Shown in pieces: positions 1 through 12,100 of a stretch of DNA of 64,000 bases. The stretch is from Botryllus schlosseri (Eukaryota): NCBI GenBank assembly GCA_051294905.1, contig CM119371.1, forward strand, positions 5,334,001-5,398,000, in the 5' to 3' direction. Position 1 is the stretch's first letter. Every line of letters starts with the position of its first letter. The notes below the pieces were generated by a model, which did no database searches, was not told the DNA's origin, and saw only the letters and a program-made list of their open reading frames with translations. The translations under genes and the position numbers were made by a program.

Positions 1-426
1 ATTCAGGCAGTGAGAAACAAATTTTCAGGCACTAATCCTATGCTGTAATTAAAATATGAAACTGGGAGAGACATTTTAAAACTGAAAAAATCAGGCAAGA
101 TAAACAACGTATACAGAAATTTTATTGTGGCAGCGATAAATGGACATGGGCCAGAGGCGTTGCAACATGAAGATACAAGTCCACCACCACCACCACCATT
201 TCTACACACCCGGCACAGAAATCATTTAGCCGGAAAGGTGATTCAAAGATATATGTGTTGAGTACTCGTACAGATTTGATGGCAATATTAAATCGTATTG
301 ACATGATAGCAGAGTGAATGGACGTCTACTCTAAGTAACAGCATATTTTAGTATAAGGTATTTCTGTCAATATGACTGCATCATGTTCGAGATCATCATT
401 GCGAGAAGAAAAAGACATGCGCTCCG

Positions 427-1527
427 CTACTCTACTGTATGTGTATTTCCATGTCTTTTCAAGCTACCAAACCGGGTAAACGCTTTTCCGCACGTCTGGC
501 ATGAATAATTTTTGACTCCCGTATGTGTATGTACATGTCTATTCAAGTTACTAAGCTGGGTAAACACTTTTCCGCAGATCTGACACGCATAGTTTTTTAC
601 TCTAGTATGTGTATTTTCATGTGTTTTCAAGTGACTGAGCTGAACAAACACTTTTCCACAGATCTGACACTCATGGTTTTTGACTCCAGTATGTGTATTC
701 CCATGTCTTTTTAAGTCACCAAGCTGGGTAAACGCTTTTCCGCAGACCTGACATGCATAGTTTTTGACTCCAGTATATGTATTCCCATGTCTTTTTAAGT
801 CACCAAGCCGGGCAAAAACTTTTCCGCAGATCTGACATGTATAGTTTTTGATTCCAGTATGTGTATTCTCATGTGCCTTCAAGTGGCCGATCTGAGCAAA
901 CGCTTTTCCGCAGATCTCACATGCATAGTTTTTGACCCCGGTATGTGTATTTTCATGTCTTTTCAAGCCACGAAGCTGGGTAAACGCTTTTGTGCATATC
1001 TGACATGCATGGTTTTTGACTCCAGTATGTGTATTTTCATGTTGTTTTAAGTTACCAAGATGGATAAACGCCTTTCCACAGATCTGACACTCATAGTTTT
1101 TGACTCCAGTATGTGTATTCTCATGTGTTTTCAAGTCTCCGATCCGAGCAAACGCTTTTCCGCAGATCTGACATGCATAGCTTCCAGTATGTATATTTCC
1201 ATGCATTTTCAGGTCGCCAACCCGCACAAACGACTTTCCACAGATGTCACAGTCGTGGTTTTTGACTCCAAGGTGAACAGTACGTGTATCCGCATGTCTT
1301 TTCAAGTGACCGATCGGATTATACCCTTTGCCAATGCCCTTGCGTTCATGATTTTTCAAATAAGTGTGCGATATTAAATGTTTTTTCAATAAAGTGATTG
1401 CAGCAAAGGTTTTTCCGCAGATCTCACATTCGGTATTTCTGTCTATATGGTGGAATCGCAAGTGAGCTTTCAATCCGTCCTTACAATGGAAGTTCTTTCC
1501 ACAGATCCAGCACATCTTCCTTGTCAT
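427..1527 (-). CDS. Tandem C2H2 zinc-finger protein (ZNF-A), 366 aa, 11 intact + 2 degenerate fingers, TGVKN linkers
   Basis: Repeated C-x2-C-x3-F-x5-L-x2-H-x3-H motifs in 84-bp units. In-frame TAA at 1537-1539 just upstream of the ATG. One finger has H->Y (KRHGNTY) and one lacks the Cys pair (ERKGIGKG...). Confidence 0.92.
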   Translation of the reverse strand: MTRKMCWICGKNFHCKDGLKAHLRFHHIDRNTECEICGKTFAAITLLKKHLISHTYLKNHERKGIGKGYNPIGHLKRHADTRTVHLGVKNHDCDICGKSFVRVGDLKMHGNIHTGSYACQICGKAFARIGDLKTHENTHTGVKNYECQICGKAFIHLGNLKQHENTHTGVKNHACQICTKAFTQLRGLKRHENTHTGVKNYACEICGKAFAQIGHLKAHENTHTGIKNYTCQICGKVFARLGDLKRHGNTYTGVKNYACQVCGKAFTQLGDLKRHGNTHTGVKNHECQICGKVFVQLSHLKTHENTHTRVKNYACQICGKVFTQLSNLNRHVHTHTGVKNYSCQTCGKAFTRFGSLKRHGNTHTVE

Positions 1528-2608
1528 TCTTCTGGATTATCTGTATATTACTTTACTTCTTCAAGCATCACACATCAAACGCTCTCTGCTTGAAAACGAG
1601 TATTCAACGATAGCTTGGAATGAGCTATTACATAGTAATATAATTCCTATATTATAGCAACCCGGTCTAAAATACAGGAGGTATTAGCAAAAACGGACCA
1701 GTGTAATAAATAGCAATACCCCATACGATAATCTGCAAGCCTTCAGCAAATCACAAATTTTGCATAATCACGAACACCAAAATCTATCACGTTGCACAAC
1801 TGATGAATTATTATAGAATACTGGTGCACCAAAATCAACTGTGCATAAACAACAGCGTCAAAATTACAAAAATATTACACTGGTCAACACATTTTTAGGC
1901 AGACAAACGTAAGAGTGGTTTTGGGGGTTCTGAAGGGCACTGATTCCAAATATGACCTTGGTTTTTTTCAAATTCGCTATTGTTGTGGAGATAACCCATG
2001 GGGCTATTTTGACCAAAATCTCCCATTTTCGCGGTAATGACCTGATATACAATCGGCTCAGTCGTACTATAAAGTTTAGAAAATCAATTTACTTGTTATT
2101 TTTACACGCAGAAGACTATTTTAAATCACAATACAGCAACAGCACTATATTTAGGGGTAATAGATTTATCATAGTTACAGATTTCCAAGGATATCATCAT
2201 GTACATAAATAAACTCCAGTCATGTACATAAGTATTTACCTATATACTCAGATAACGTGGCATTAATTCACTCAGTTTCACGTCAACCACCTATTCTAAA
2301 TTTGAAATAATCAGTTGGAAGATAATATTACTGATATATTTCAAATCAAAATTGTTTTTTTTGTAAGATTTTCGCCTGTAAGCTATTTCAATACAATATC
2401 CATTGTATAATACTATTTATTAACTCAAAGACTTTTCAGGTGCCTCTTTTCAAGAGTTAACGGCACACTAAAGGGATTTAAACAGATTTAAAACCAAAAC
2501 CAAGAAGGCAAAGTATGACGCAACAATCAAAATCACAAACACTGAAATTTGCATTGTACTAATGGCAGAATAACAAAATATGAAGTATACGGACATACGG
2601 TACTATAG

Positions 2609-3235
2609 GGTTGCCAGTAAACTCGGCCCGCGGAAAATTCAGCCAGGTAAATTCGGCCTATGACATCAGTAAATTCGGCCCTCCGAGAATACTGTATTAA
2701 AATGTATTACCAACCGTTTTGGATGGCAGGGTATGCGTAGATCGCGTAATCACGGGAGATAGCGCTGATATTCACGGGGACCGGATTTACCGACGGCCGA
2801 ATTCACTCGGTCAATTCGTTCCTCGGAGAATTTTTTTATAAAAATGTATTACCAACTATTAATGTGAATTAATTTCATAATTATATTATTATCAAGTGAT
2901 TTGGAGAACAGGGTATGCGTATAAATATGTATATGTATATATATATGCCGATGTTTACGGGGCGGAATTTACCGACAGCCGAATTCAATCGGTATATTCG
3001 GCCCTCGGAGAACTTTGTGTGAAATTGTATTACGAACTAATAATGTGTATTAGATTACATATTTATAATATTATCAAGTGATTTCGAGGTTAGGGGTTAG
3101 GTTTGGAGTTAGGATTAGGGTTCAGGTTAGGTAATGGTATTGTAACTGTTATTGTTACTCTGGCCCTGGCCGAATTTACCGAAGGCCGAATTCACGGACG
3201 GTCGAAGTGACCGGGGGCCGAGTTTACTGGAAATC
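2609..3235. mobile_element. Mutator-like MITE with internal telomere-like repeats
   Basis: TIR ggttgccagtaaactcggccc / gggccgagtttactggaaatc. Perfect 9-bp TSD gtactatag (2600-2608, 3236-3244). Degenerate GGTTAG repeats at ~3088-3131. Confidence 0.8.
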
Positions 3236-3292
3236 GTACTATAGTAGCAACGCAATTCGTAAATAAACAGTTACACGCACGAAACACATGCA

Positions 3293-3690
3293 CTAATGAG
3301 AAATTTGTAGGTTATAGAGGAAATCTTTTTGTCTACATAGAATAGGTTTGTTCAACTGAATAATAGTAGACTCCAGCACTTTTAGATGAAACAATGACCT
3401 ACCACGCGCAATGACAGTGAACATGAACATATTGTCATCATAGTGCTGTGCACAGGCGAGATTTTCAATCAAATGCTGACCGATTGACGAAACATATGCT
3501 TGGTAACCGTCATAGCAGTCTATTTTGGCAGTCAATTCGCACTGACGTGCAAGCTCCGTGCGAGTATTTGCGCATGCTTTTGACCGAATCAATTTTGGGA
3601 TAGGCTGCTTAATACGCTCAAACAATCTTTGAGATGTACGTCCTACATACCTACTATCACAGTGGCACTTGTATTGGTAAACAACGAGCG
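3293..3690 (-). mobile_element. Penelope-like retroelement 3' fragment (GIY-YIG endonuclease)
   Basis: Minus-strand translation VVYQYKCHCDSRYVGRTSQRLFERIKQ...SSIGQHL...LKVLESTIIQLNKPILCRQK, the typical PLE GIY-YIG domain. Confidence 0.85.
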
Positions 3691-4246
3691 TTATCTTAGC
3701 AGCATGGAAATATCAACCCAATTTCCAAATACCGTAATTTTCCACGTATAATGCGCAAAATTCTCACGATTTTTTGCCCTAAAATATTGGGGTGCGTATT
3801 ATACTTGGGTACAACAAGCCTTGAAAAGAATCTCCCTCGATGAAAAACTTGAAATCACTTCTTTCTTCATGTTTGTTTCCAATCGCGCATCACTTTCAGC
3901 CATCGCGTACAGTAATTCGTATTATAGTGTAACGCGCTGCCAATTAGCGAGAAGCGTGTTGCCAATTACCGAGAGTCGTGCGCACAAGCACGCGATCTCC
4001 TGCTGAGTTGGTTTGCCGTTTGTACTCGAGCGAAATGAGGTCGCTCATAGGCAATCGCGCGCGGTAATTCTCGCTAATTACTCGCGTCAACAACAGCCCT
4101 GAACAGTCACATATCCATATACAAGAGGCCATGTGCGCAAGATATAATCGCTTGCGTAATCAGTCGCATCTCCAACAGACCTGGCGCGCACGATAAAACC
4201 GTTAGTCTGAGCAATCGCATCTGTAATAGACGTCGTGCGCCTAAAC

Positions 4247-7200
4247 CAGTGGTTCTTAACCTTTTCCCCTCCATCGCCCCCTTTCAAAAATTATCGTGCT
4301 CCAGCGCCCCCCAACGTCATATTGTAAGTAATGTAATAAAGACAATGAGTAAGACGGAGGGCCGTAACAGCACTTCGTCAACCCCCCTAAAAACGATTGC
4401 CTTGCGCACCCATAGCGTGATAAACCAAACTTCTGAGGGCTTCGCCCCCAAGAACCCCGTAGCGTGATTTCGATGGCCAGCAAAGTTTGTGCGGCCTGGT
4501 TGCCCTAGGTACCAAAATTTTCTATAATGCATGAATGAATAGGTGGTAATTACATATATAAGTCGCTACTAACTTTTTATCCTCTGAGCCCACGTAATCA
4601 GATTTACCAGTAGCGCCGAGTGAGCTGTTGTATGGGAAAATAAAGGGCACGTAATTAATATTTAAACATATTCGGGCATGCAGATAGGTACAATTAATTC
4701 GTTACCAGGGCCGTAACAGCACTTCGTCAGCCCCCCCCCAAAATAACGTTGGTATTGGGCCCCCCAACGGGTGATAAACCAAACTTCCGGAGGTCTTCGC
4801 CCCCCGACCCCCCTTCGGCTATCCGCTATTTGCTGATACTAGTCATCTACATTGGGTGTCCATTTACGCGAAAAATTTCAATAATTAATGATTGAATTGG
4901 TCAATATGATCGGGAATTGCATGTATATTGATATCAATTTTTATCCTCTCTCTGCTCACGTAAACAGATTTACTGGTAGAGCTGAGTGATGTGTCATTGA
5001 AAAGGTAGGACCCCTCAATAATAATTATACATCTTCGGGCGTATACCCGTTGGCAGGAACGAAACGGTACTTCGTCAGGCCCCCCGAAAAAACTTGGGTC
5101 TTGGGCCCCCATAGGGTGATAAACCGACCGCCCCCCATCACCTTGTTCGCTTTTGCCATGAAATCAGCTGTAGGGGAGACCGGGGACAATTGTAACAATT
5201 TTTGTATTTTCGAACATTACGTGGTTTTCTAACTAAAATGGAACTCAATCAATAATCAATCATGGAAATTTTGGATCGCGAAAATCGTCGCTCAACTGTT
5301 ACAATTGCACCGTACGCCGGGGCAATTGTAACGCCTGTGCGGGTCAATTGTAACAGTGTTATTTATAACCAAAAACAAACGAACTGAATAACAATAATGG
5401 GATCACATATTGTACTATTGAATTTAATTAAAAAAGAGAAGTTTGAACGCTTCCAGGCTACGCCTTCGTGCCTTCTGCATGAGCTTAAGGTGTACAAGTA
5501 ACACATTCATTCCATCATCTCCCTTCACATATTCGGCCTCTTCTAACAAGGTGCTGTAGTTCAGCGTGCATAATGGATTGGGCATTCCGTCATCTGCGAA
5601 GGTGTGAAACAGACCTGGCTAAAATATATTTGTTGAACGGCCTGATGATAGTGTTGCAAAACGAGGACACAACATTGTGTGGCATCAAAGCTTCTGCTCC
5701 GTCCAAAATTAAAATAAATTGTTTAGTGGGCCATGCTCAAAGTCAGGGGATGAGGATTCAGTCATAGGCAAGTTCTTAAGTGACCATTGAAGGTCGACAC
5801 AACAAAAGTCGATCAACACAAGATATGGTAGTAGAATCACGGAAATAACCGGACCCTAAGATTCACATCACCACTTCTATATGGCCGTTCCGACAGAGTA
5901 TCATGGTAGAATTAGTATGACCAGGTAGAGTCTGTTCTGGTATTTAACGTCTGGCTGTTGCAAGATTCATCTGTAGTAGATATGGTATGAACACATATAT
6001 TCAGAATTGAAAAGATATTGTGACGAGGCAAAAGTAGTGTTACAATTGCAAAGAGTGTTACAATTGCCCCTGACACGCTCGACCATGATTAATCTCAGGA
6101 TGGTGCCTTCCCGGCGACGCGAGTCCTAGTTTCCCTGTCATCACGGTAGACTACATGGTAACATTGTTCCAGCTACATATATTGCATTGTAACCACTAGA
6201 GGTTTTATTCTTCAGAACAAATTATTCCTGATCAGAAAATATTTACTCAAGGGTCCAAAATTTAGTTCTTTTGAAATTATTGCGGGGTTTCGCGTCGTAG
6301 CTCAACGTAACTTCAGGTATAGAAGACACAACTACCGCATGTGCACTTAAAATATGAAGGCGATTTCTTCATCCTACTAGCAGTGAGGTCGATTGTTACA
6401 TTTGCCCCGTGTTACATTTGTCCCCGGTCTCCGCTACTGTTTAGCGAGCCAGTGCGAAGCGCGAAAACCTTCGATAATTCATGATAAAATAGGTCAGTAA
6501 GATCGGGAATTGCATATATTGCTATCAATTTCTTGTCCTCTCTGCTCACGTTACCAGATTTACCGGCAGAGCTGAGTGAGGTACAATGTTCCCTCTAAGC
6601 TGCGCACGTGCGCAGTGCTGACACGGTTCTGCGCACAGAAAATCTACGTTGCGCACAACAAATCCGAACTGTTGTCAAGGGTCTGCGCAATGAGTTGTTG
6701 AGTGTGCGCAGACTCATCAAAACGTAGAGCGAACATTGTGTGGTGTCTTGGAAACTGAAGGGCCAGTAACTAATAATTAAACATATTAGGGCGGGCGAAC
6801 CCATTGGTACGACTTCGTTGCATTCGTGACTTCCTGTCTGCTATATCGATCAACAGGGATATCGATTAACAGGAATATCTAGTTTCAAATATCCCTGTCG
6901 TCCAATCGTACTAAACTAAAAGACGCACACGATTTCAAATTGGTATTTCTTCACTGACATATAATTTTTCCCTGCCAGATGAAATTCGTCTTCTGGGGTT
7001 CTGATTGCCAAGACAGGAACATTCGGTGCCAGTCATTTAGGCGCCCTTGGACAATTAAACCTTTAGGTCTTTTGTAGGCTATATATAACAAAGTTTTCGG
7101 TTTTAATTTGCTCTGAATACTCATTAAGGATATGTCCTACCACCACATCATCTACTGCGAAGCAATTTTTCTCCAGCGCCCCCCTGAGCCCAGCGCCCCC

Positions 7201-7283
7201 CATATCGCCCCCTGAGCGTTTCCGCCCCCTTCAAAATCGCCAGCGTCTCTTGGGGGCGCTGGAGGCAAGGTTAAGAACCTCTG
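4247..7283. mobile_element. hAT (Buster/Charlie-like) non-autonomous element nested in 3732-7657
   Basis: TIR cagtggttcttaacc / ggttaagaacctctg. Degenerate TSD gcctaaac/gcctctac. Internal sequence related to 34477-35715 and 51516-52591. Confidence 0.75.
5173..6434 (-). mobile_element. pogo-like deletion derivative nested in the hAT element
   Basis: TIR ggggagaccggggacaa / ttgtccccggtctccgc with TA TSD. Minus-strand remnant EALMPHNVVSSFCNTIIRPFNK resembles the pogo DDE_1 C-terminus. Confidence 0.75.
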
Positions 7284-9190
7284 GCCTCTACCATATCGCC
7301 GCCGGTCTCGCATGCTTAGGCTGCTATCTACTATCATTTAGAGACAATACCGTTAATTGTATAATGATTAGCAATCGCATCTGTAATAGGTCTTGTGCTC
7401 AAGATGCCGTGTCGCTAGCCTGAACTATCGCTTAAAGACAATTCTGTTAATTATACAATGATTAGCGATCGTTATGTCATGATTGTTCAACAGTGACATC
7501 GTAAAACAGAATGACATCATATACTAAATCGGAACTATTCATGTACTGAAATGCAGGGTGCTAACTATACATGGGTACAAGCTTTTTCCCAGAATTTGCA
7601 TGCTATTTTAGGGGTGCGCATTATACATGGGGGCGTACTATACTAGGAAAATTACGGTAGCAATAGCTCTCCTAATTAGATAGATACATGACAAGGAAGT
7701 GTTTGCATTTTCAGAAGAAAAATTTAGCTCACAATGACTGATTGCTTTACTTACAACAAATAGAATCACCGACATATGGTAGTGATAATAATTATATCTA
7801 TTAATATCAAGGAGGGTACGATTACAGTACTTGAAAAATGATCTTTCACTACTTGACTTGAATCATTACAAAAATACCCGATTAGGATTCTGGTACTCGA
7901 ACCATTGTACCCAGACGCGCTAATGACATTTGTACAGTATAAATAAATGAATATATGAACCAACGAAAAAAAGACAGTAATCAAACAGCTCTATGTTGGT
8001 GTTTAATACAAATCACAATGTGACTTTACCCAAACAACATGTGAGACGAACATCAATACTTCCTGCCACCGGACAGAGATGCAAACTTTACGGAACAATA
8101 ATTAATTCAGCGACTGCGATTAATTAGTGTTCCCCATGAACATACAGACACGTATGGTGTTTTGTGGGATTGAAACACTTTTCACTCTTTCAGCTATTCT
8201 CACTACACCCGGACATTTCTTACAGTTGAAATGACAATTTCTGGCGTATATCTCGTCGATTGAGTGGCCGTTGGTGTGATCTTGAGAACAGACTCGGACC
8301 GCTACATTATTCTAGTTGGGTAATTGGAGCAAAATGCCAGTAATATAGTTCTTATCTAATTTGTAAAATATGTTTTTATGATCTTATTTTAATTCTCATC
8401 TAGGGGCTAATGCACGATGTAACGTAACTCGTAGAAATGCAAGGCCAAGGATATAGGAGTATGTGCATTTTCCGCCCGCATATCTGTTGTCACGGTGCAC
8501 ACTATAGCCTATGACGACAGTGTCATACAAATGATCGCATGATCTCATGCATGATCGCAGCTTCATATGATTCATATTTCCGACAGTTAATCACCGAGCA
8601 TATGGATATTTTTTCACAAGAGCTTCCCTCATTTTAAATTAACAATCCACCGAATATTAGCCAATCTTCAGGGCATCAGAATTGCGCCAATTTTCGCTTT
8701 GCAGATCTAAATTATACACTAACAGGTTGCGGCATTATGCTACTCAGATAGTCCATTCATATTTACCATTATATACAACAATAGGACGCTCAGAAACTCT
8801 ATTTTGCGTTATTCGCTATATACTACATATACATGGATACACGGTACTATATAACCATACAATAAATCAATTTATTCCATCAATTTTAATAATACACTGT
8901 GATTGACTCCTAGCCCCAAATCACTTATGGATCGGAAATTGACTATATAATACCAATTCGAGCATTGCTTATTGCGATTTCAAATGTAAGGCCTTCGGTC
9001 GATTTCCAGTTTTGTCTTCACGTTTAGTAGTGAACTAAATATATCGACGATACATTCCTATCAATTCACCCTTTGGTTTGGACGTATAGAACATTTGCGA
9101 GTCAAATCATTTTATTAGAATCTCATTACGTTTATAGCGATTCTATTTAGACGTTTGTCCTATCGCATGACCATACCTAGACGGCCATCA

Positions 9191-12100
9191 CTCTCCCCCC
9201 ACTTTTTTAAAAGGGTAGGTTGTTTTATATAATTCCCTAATACACTACGCATTTTTTTAACTGTGAAACTTTGGTTATTAGCTTCATCGCTGCATTCAGT
9301 TGTTCTATCCCTCACCAATTATAAGGTGAACACACGAATCAAGGGATCGATTCATCTTTTAGTTCTATTTTACATGAATACTTCATGGCTTGTTTCCCCC
9401 GCAAATGCCCGACAAGATCTTCCAATTCTGTGGCAAACGGCTCATACACCGCTCTCCATGTTTTTAGTCTATAATAGTATTGGCGTCGTCATTAAGATCG
9501 GGCTGTTGGAATGGCGCTTTTGACAGCAATACGGATTGCTTACGAAGTTCTTCCAATTCCAATCTAACCTTTATATCCGATTCATTTTGCAACACATATT
9601 CCGTTAGTGGACCATCAAATACCTTACGCAGGAAATATTTTGGCCTTTTATTTGTCGTTACAAACGAGGCAAATATTAAATCTCCACTATGAGATTTTTG
9701 ATGTTTCGGCACGCCCACGTCAACATCCACTTCGGGGCCTATGGGATCGAAAAGATCTGGCGTCCTAAAACTTTTCGACCCGTCGCACTCACATTTTACA
9801 CCCAATGTGACCATATTCCGTGCCTGCACTTCATCACTATTTTCAACGCATATCCTAACGGCGCTGTCACTATTAAATTGGCACGGGTGCGACTATACAA
9901 TTTCTAACGACCTAACATTCGAAACAGCCTCGCGATTGCTGTTTTTCACGTTATCTCCTTGTTTGGCCAAAGTTTTTATTTCCCGCCCTTCACCATCATA
10001 TTCTATTACGGCATGCGTCGACAATGAACACGGAACACCTATTTTGGACTGAGCCAGCTCGTGACTTGCAATTGACGGGCTCTTTAACACCGTATCAATT
10101 GAAGGCAGCGGTATAACCTTGTCTATCCAATGATATCCAATAATATTTAACGGGACATTACCACACGCAAAAGGAATTGAAACCCCATCAATTTCTATAT
10201 ATATCAATGACTCTACCAGTGACGATCCACCTATACCTAATATTGTCGATGTATCCAATTACCCACGTATAAAGCTAATTTCCTCTACGATCGAATAATT
10301 ATCTGCCAAAACTTCAATTTTGTAGCTTAGTCAAATCAAAGCTGTCCAATCGGGAAATAGTCTACTATTCCAGAGTACTACTCAAATAGTTTTTTATTTT
10401 ATTTTTTATATATGCAGACATGTACAACGTTGTCTCTACTTCTACTTGAGTATCAACGCTGACTACTTTGACCAGCGTAAAATTTATTTCCTCTATCTAA
10501 TCAAGTTATCCGGGCAAACTAAATAGAATTGAAGATAATAATTGTTGATGCGCCTTCATATCGACTTCATGGGCATCAGCAGTGGACAATGTAGGCCTAC
10601 GACATTTTCTAAAATACTATCAGCAACTGTATCGACATGTAACATGTATCGGAAAACAGCTATCATGCACCAAATAATCAGCCTATTACTGGGTGATATC
10701 AATATTGTTTCTTCCGCAGTAATAAATTGTTTTTTATCGATCATTTTTGGACGCTGAGAAGGTAATACTACCTGTGGCACCTTCTCTCGATCGAGGGGCG
10801 TTAAGAAAGTCCCCTGTACAATGTGATGATTTGCGTTCGCATTGAGCGACACTCTTTCTGTCATTGACCGTGGTGTCGGGTGATTTCCAGATTCCAACTT
10901 CGTATCTTCTGTGACTTCGGGCGACGACTGAAGGGACCCACACTTCGGAAGAGGTATCACTGGTTCGACTTTTGCCGGCGTCGGCATTTCTAACAGATTT
11001 GAAACTGGGCCTGTGATTTCACTTCTGGCCACTCCAGATTTTGCTTGGCTCCTTAAGACTGGTTCAAGCGAATCGGCGATATTTTTGGTACTCACTTTCC
11101 GGACGGTAGTCAAATAAGTTGTCGCTTGTTTGACCTCTCTTCTGGCTTTTTTGAATAGTTTTGCCGTCTTGTGTAGAATAGACGTCACCTTTTTCACGAA
11201 TTTTGCTTGATGCTGGACACGTGCTGTCACCTGACCTTCATTAGCCCAAGTCGTTAGCTGTCGTTGTTGAGTGGTCTTCATCAGTTGAGTGTTTTTGCGA
11301 AGGGTGCGAGTGTCCTCTTTATGTTTTCGTAGCCAAAATAACTTCATGATTGATTACCGCTCACCTCCCCACTCTTCAGAAATATGTGAAAGTCCACTCT
11401 CTTCTGAAGACGAATCTTCCAGAAGCAACAATGATTACCAGGCGCCTTGAATTACAATTTCGTCGGGTGCCTCCATATGTGTTTGTAGAAAAATCTTGCC
11501 TCCAATCTTGTTAGTAGGAAGATATTGTTTTTTGCCTGGGTTCTTTTGCTTGTAATCCAATTTTGGTGAATCACTGTTGCAGGTGGTGCAGCCTTCGAAG
11601 TGTCTTGAGCTTCCAGCGACCTCAAGGTCCAGTTTAAGATAGCCTATCTGTACGTAATTAGGCCTGATTCATCTCCAGCGAGATGCGTACCTTAATACAA
11701 CCAAATACTCCAATCTTAGAATTTACACTCAAATAGCGACGTTACCATAGCAACAATACATTCATAAAAGGCATCCAACTGTTATTAAAACCTTTTAAAA
11801 TCATACAATTCGACACATATGCGATCCAGACCATATTTCAATCATGTATTCATAATTAACCCAAGATCAAATCATGTTAATTTTCTGTCGAAGGGCTTGT
11901 TACATCGTCACGTGATCGTTTAAGCCTGATCAAGATTTTTTGTGTATTTGTATAATCTAGGGTACTTATCTAGTTTTATGACGGTTCTCACAAGAATCTT
12001 GTCTTGGTTTTATAACCGTCTAACCTCACTCAAGTATAGGGGTCCTAGTTGCTCTTGCGTGAACTAGTTATAACGCATACTAAATAATTCACACAAAATC

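Larger units (their letters stand above)
3732..7657. mobile_element. Tc1/pogo-type non-autonomous element, host of nested insertions
   Basis: TIR ccgtaattttcc...ggaaaattacgg flanked by TA on both sides. Subterminal ggggtgcg(t/c)attatac motifs at both ends. Confidence 0.75.

Noticed and set aside
523..1377. Antisense and alternate-frame ORFs over the ZNF arrays (also 28229-28988 and 50174-51279)
   Set aside because: They are shadows of the 84-bp finger repeat, not independent genes.
8400..9190. 3' LTR partner for a 5' LTR near 14050-14400
   Set aside because: No convincing direct repeat could be aligned by eye.
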